From: Thermoanaerobaculia bacterium
Lineage (GTDB): Bacteria > Acidobacteriota > Thermoanaerobaculia > Multivoradales > UBA5704
DNA: 64,000 nt
NCBI GenBank assembly: GCA_044226625.1
Contig: JBGAGQ010000018.1
Span: 33,616-97,615, forward strand
Direction: 5' to 3'
How positions within the stretch are numbered: the stretch's first letter is position 1; each line of letters begins with the position of its first letter. A program made the translations under genes and the position numbers. Shown here in pieces: positions 60,416 through 64,000 of the stretch. Below the pieces are notes generated by a model, which did no database searches, was not told where the DNA came from, and saw nothing but the letters and a program-made list of their open reading frames with translations.

Positions 60416-61141
60416 CTATCCTCGCCGCGCCCGGTGCTCCGCCGCGGCCTCGACCAGCGCGTCGAAGAGACGCTGCTGGCTCGCGTCCTCCTCGGCGGTC
60501 GCTTCCGGATGCCACTGTACGGCGAGCAGCCACGGATGCCGACCCGGTTCGAGCGGCTCCAACGCCTCGATCGTGCCGTCGGCCGCCCACGCGACCGGCC
60601 GAAGCGTCTCGGCGACGGCCCGCGGCGCTTGGTGATGCCTCGACTCCGGCGCCGGACGCAGCGTGCCCATCACCTCGGCGAGGTGCGAGCCGGCCTCGAC
60701 TTCGACCTCGTGCCGCGGCGGTTCTTCGCTCGCGGGAAGGCGGTGGGGAATCGCGGAGCCCACCTCCTCCGGCAGATGCTCGACCAGCGAGCCGCCGAGC
60801 GCCACGTTCAGCACCTGCGCGCCGCGGCAGATGCAGAGGGAGGGGACGCCGTCCGCGACCAGGCGGCGGGCGTAGTCGATCTCGGTCGCGTCGCGCTCGG
60901 CGTCGACCCTCTCGATCATCGAGTGCGGCGCGCCGTCGTAGAGAGCCGGATCGAGGTCGCCGCCCCCGGCGAGGATCAGGCCGTCGAGCCGCGCCAGAAC
61001 CTCCCCGGTCGATTCTTCGCCCGGCGGCAGGAGAACGGGCATGCCGCCGGCACGCCGTACCGCATGGACGTATTCGACCGGCAGGTCGAACCGTCCGGCG
61101 GTGTTCCTGGGATAGGTGGTGATGCCGATCAGCGGCCGCAT
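60416..61141 (-). CDS. Gamma-glutamyl-gamma-aminobutyrate hydrolase family (peptidase C26, PuuD-like)
   Basis: 'GGGDLDP', ICRG nucleophile, 'HHQA', QWHPE. Confidence 0.92.
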   Translation of the reverse strand: MRPLIGITTYPRNTAGRFDLPVEYVHAVRRAGGMPVLLPPGEESTGEVLARLDGLILAGGGDLDPALYDGAPHSMIERVDAERDATEIDYARRLVADGVPSLCICRGAQVLNVALGGSLVEHLPEEVGSAIPHRLPASEEPPRHEVEVEAGSHLAEVMGTLRPAPESRHHQAPRAVAETLRPVAWAADGTIEALEPLEPGRHPWLLAVQWHPEATAEEDASQQRLFDALVEAAAEHRARRG

Positions 61142-61151
61142 CGACGGGATC

Positions 61152-62540
61152 TTACGCCCGCTCGAAGTACCGCTCGCGTTCCCAGCTGGTGACCACGCGG
61201 TCGAATTTCTCCTGCTCGGTGCGGAAGAAATGGACGTAGTGCTCGGTCACCTCGGGCCCGAACGCGGCGCGGAGCATTTCGCTCCGCTCGACGAGGTCGG
61301 TCGCCTCGCGGAGGGACGCCGGCACCGTGGGAAGATCGCGGGCGACGTAGACGTCCCCTTTAAACAGCGGCGGCGGCTCGATCTTCTTCTCGATGCCGGC
61401 GAGGCCGGCGGCGAGGCTCGCGGCGAACGCGAGGTAAGGGTTCGCGTCCGCGCCGGGAATGCGGCACTCGATCCGCATCGAGCCGCCATGGCCGATGACG
61501 CGGAACCCCGCCGTCCGGTTGTCGTAGCACCAGGCGATCCGGGTCGGCGCCCACGACTGGAAGACGAATCGTTTGTACGAAGTGGGGTAGGGAGCGTAGA
61601 ACGCCGTGACCTCGCGGGCGTGATGCATCCAACCGCCGAGGAACCAGCGGAAGAGGTCGGAGCACTCCAAGGGACCGAGCTTCTTCTTGCCGGGAAAGAG
61701 CGGCTTCTTTCCTCCTTCCTCCCAGAGCGAGAGGTGGAGATGCATGCTCGAACCGGCGAGATCGGAGCGCCATTTCGCCATGAACGTGACCGCGACCCCG
61801 ACCTGCATGGCGATCTCTTTGGCCGCCTGTTTGTAGATCGAGTGGCGGTCGGCCATCTCCAGCGCGTCCGCATACCGGACGTTCAGCTCGTGCTGGCCGG
61901 GTCCCCACTCTCCCTTGCTCGATTCGACCGGCACGCCGCTCGCGTCGAGGTGGCGACGCAAGGCGGCGTTGTAGGGCTCCTCCTTGGTTCCTTGGAGCAT
62001 GTGGTAATCCTCGACGTACCAGCCGAACGGTTCGAGGTTCTGGAAGCCTTTGGAGCGAGCGGAGTCGTAGGTCTCCTTGAACAGGTAGTACTCGAGCTCG
62101 GTGGCGCCCATCGCCGAGTAGCCGGCTTTGCGGAGTCGCTCGATCTGGCGTTTGAGTATCGTCCGCGGCGCGATCTCGACCGGCCGGTCGCCCGAGACGG
62201 TTTGGAGATCCGCGATGACCAAGGCCGACCGGTCGAGCCACGAGAGCTGCCGGAGCGTCGCGAAGTCGGGGACGCAGTGGAAATCGCCATACCCCTTCTC
62301 CCAGTTCGCGAACTTGTAGCCGGCGACGACGTCCATCTCCATGTCGACCGTGAGCAGATAGTCGCAGGCGTGCATGCCGTGGCGAGCGACGCTGTCGAGG
62401 AAGAACCGACCGGGGATCCGCTTGCCCATGAAGCGCCCGTAGAGGTCGGGGAACGCCACGAGCACGGTGTCGATCTCGCCGGTGCCTACCTTCCGCGCGA
62501 GGTCGTCCAGGGTGAGCATGCCGGGGATCGTCTTGGCCAT
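61152..62540 (-). CDS. Glutamine synthetase-like gamma-glutamyl-amine ligase (PuuA-like)
   Basis: 'ELEYYLF', 'GEWGPGQHE', 'TFMAK', 'GSSMHLHLSL', 'DNRT', 'RIECRIPGADANPY'. Start at ATG 62540. Confidence 0.92.
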   Translation of the reverse strand: MAKTIPGMLTLDDLARKVGTGEIDTVLVAFPDLYGRFMGKRIPGRFFLDSVARHGMHACDYLLTVDMEMDVVAGYKFANWEKGYGDFHCVPDFATLRQLSWLDRSALVIADLQTVSGDRPVEIAPRTILKRQIERLRKAGYSAMGATELEYYLFKETYDSARSKGFQNLEPFGWYVEDYHMLQGTKEEPYNAALRRHLDASGVPVESSKGEWGPGQHELNVRYADALEMADRHSIYKQAAKEIAMQVGVAVTFMAKWRSDLAGSSMHLHLSLWEEGGKKPLFPGKKKLGPLECSDLFRWFLGGWMHHAREVTAFYAPYPTSYKRFVFQSWAPTRIAWCYDNRTAGFRVIGHGGSMRIECRIPGADANPYLAFAASLAAGLAGIEKKIEPPPLFKGDVYVARDLPTVPASLREATDLVERSEMLRAAFGPEVTEHYVHFFRTEQEKFDRVVTSWERERYFERA

Positions 62541-62575
62541 TCTCGTGTCTTCCTCGAAGGTGCTCTTCGGTTGGA

Positions 62576-64000
62576 CTATTTCGCCATCGCCGCTTCGATC
62601 TTCTTCAGCTCTTCCTCGCTCGACGGCTGCGGGCCGCGGAAGCGTTTGCGCGCGTCGACCCACCAATAGAGGAGCATGAACGCGCAGATCAGCACGGTGG
62701 TCCAGAGCACTAGCTCGTTCGGCGGGATGACCAGCATGATCGAGATCAGAGCGATCCACAGCACCGAGACGACGTTGAACAGCGGGCTCCAGCGCTTGAG
62801 ATTCCACGGCGCGGTCTGGGGCGTCGTGTATTCGCCGCGCTTCCTCCATCGGTTGCGCAGGTTGAGCAGGATCGGGATGCCGTAGGCCCAGTAGAGGAAG
62901 ATGACCGAAATCGCCGTGACGACGTAGAACGCCCCGGACCACAGGAGCATCACGACCGCGAGCGTGCAGGTGATCAGGATCGAATGGACCGGCGTCCGCC
63001 AGACCGGATGGACCTTGCGGATCAGGGTGTAGCCCGGCATGCCGCCGTCGCGCGCGAAGGCGAACCACATGCGGCTCATGCTGGTGATTGAGGCGAGCCC
63101 GCAGAGCCACATCGCACCGGCGATGATGACGGCGACGACGTTGGCCAGGAACGGCGTCAGGTTGTCGTACGCGATCTTGAGCACCGGGTAGGCGTCGGTC
63201 GCGGTCGAAGGGATGTCGGTGATCGAGAGCGTGAGCACCATCAGCACCAGGTAGCCGACCACAGCCGAGACGGCGACCGAAAGGAAGACCCCCCAGGCCG
63301 AGTTGAGCCGGGCCATCACCGTCTCTTCGGCGACGTGCGCCGAGGCGTCGTAACCGGTGTAGGTCCACTGCGCCTGGAGCAAGCCGATCGCGAACACGAG
63401 CCAGAGCGGCGCCGTCTTGTACAGGTCGGTCAGGAAGGGAAAGAGGGCGAACAGGGGAGACGGGACGACCCAGAGCGGCTCCAGGGTGATTGGATTGCCG
63501 AAGTAGAGCGCGGGTGCCGTCTGGCCGTTCGCGAGCGTGGATGAGGAGAATTCATACGGATTGGTGGAGTTGACGAATTGCATCGCGAAGGACCAGGGAT
63601 GATGGGTCTTTCCCCAGATCGTGAGCAAAAGGGCGATCAGAAGCACTCCGCCGATGTGCCACCAGACGCTGATGTCGTTCAGGCGCGCGGTCAAGCGGAT
63701 GCCGAAGATGTTGATCAGCATCTGCGGGATCATGATCAGCACCATGACGAAAACGTAGAAGTACCAGTTGGTGGAGAACGTATGGCCGGTGATCTTCGTG
63801 AGAGCGCCGATGATGTAGATCGCCGCCGCGATGTTGATGCCGGAGGTGATCGTGATCTGTCCGATCATGTTGAACCAGGCGGTGGTCCACGCCCACTTCG
63901 GCCCGCCGAGGCGGTGCGCCCAGAAGTAGAGCCCCCCTGCGGTCGGATAGGCCGAAGCGAGCTCGGCCATCGAAGCCGCGATCACCATCACGAACAGGCT
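62576..64000 (-). CDS. APC-family amino acid/polyamine permease (5' end off window)
   Basis: 'SMAELASAYPTAGGLYFW', 'QWTYTGYDASAHVAEET', 'SRMWFAFARDGG'. Confidence 0.93.
   Translation of the reverse strand, partial: SLFVMVIAASMAELASAYPTAGGLYFWAHRLGGPKWAWTTAWFNMIGQITITSGINIAAAIYIIGALTKITGHTFSTNWYFYVFVMVLIMIPQMLINIFGIRLTARLNDISVWWHIGGVLLIALLLTIWGKTHHPWSFAMQFVNSTNPYEFSSSTLANGQTAPALYFGNPITLEPLWVVPSPLFALFPFLTDLYKTAPLWLVFAIGLLQAQWTYTGYDASAHVAEETVMARLNSAWGVFLSVAVSAVVGYLVLMVLTLSITDIPSTATDAYPVLKIAYDNLTPFLANVVAVIIAGAMWLCGLASITSMSRMWFAFARDGGMPGYTLIRKVHPVWRTPVHSILITCTLAVVMLLWSGAFYVVTAISVIFLYWAYGIPILLNLRNRWRKRGEYTTPQTAPWNLKRWSPLFNVVSVLWIALISIMLVIPPNELVLWTTVLICAFMLLYWWVDARKRFRGPQPSSEEELKKIEAAMAK

Noticed and set aside
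58092-63368. Apparent long N-terminal extensions or fusions (832-aa ALDH, 738-aa GS; also 6750-8999, 20023-21942, 54629-56431, 4869-6587)
   Set aside because: The extensions overlap other real genes in a different frame. Internal starts with SD sites or stop-start coupling give normal-length proteins.

Overview
High-GC bacterial chromosomal segment. The protein families and leader-peptide style suggest Acidobacteriota, possibly Thermoanaerobaculia; this is an inference. There are about 46 protein-coding genes and no recognisable rRNA, tRNA, CRISPR array or transposase. Left to right: partial corA; a divergent zinc-finger/RDD + DUF4129/DUF4350/MoxR/DUF58 cluster; a GH63-like glucosidase; a coupled minus-strand run of lectin-inserted multicopper oxidase, SAM methyltransferase, MosB/MosA-like molybdenum storage pair and a fused ABC exporter, facing a divergent HMG-CoA-reductase-like + CrtI-like gene pair; a beta-lactamase-fold hydrolase; two non-coding tandem arrays (20-21 bp x11 and 91 bp x3); fbaB; three six-cysteine double-glycine lanthipeptide-like precursors followed by an intact LanC cyclase with no dehydratase, transporter or protease in the window; an MBL hydrolase and a 2-oxoacid dehydrogenase operon; secreted repeat proteins including a ~2270-aa beta-helix/DUF11 protein; a copper locus (SCO-PCuAC fusion, cytochrome c, FGE-domain protein, ~1830-aa membrane-anchored MnxG-like oxidase) containing an EEP/sphingomyelinase gene broken by two in-frame stops; an antiporter; a sulfatase; and a gamma-glutamylation (Puu-like) amine catabolism operon. 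The strongest candidates for new biology are the orphan lanA-lanA-lanA-lanC cassette, the MoSto/HMGR-like locus and the MnxG-like copper locus. All family assignments come from motif recognition, not database searches.
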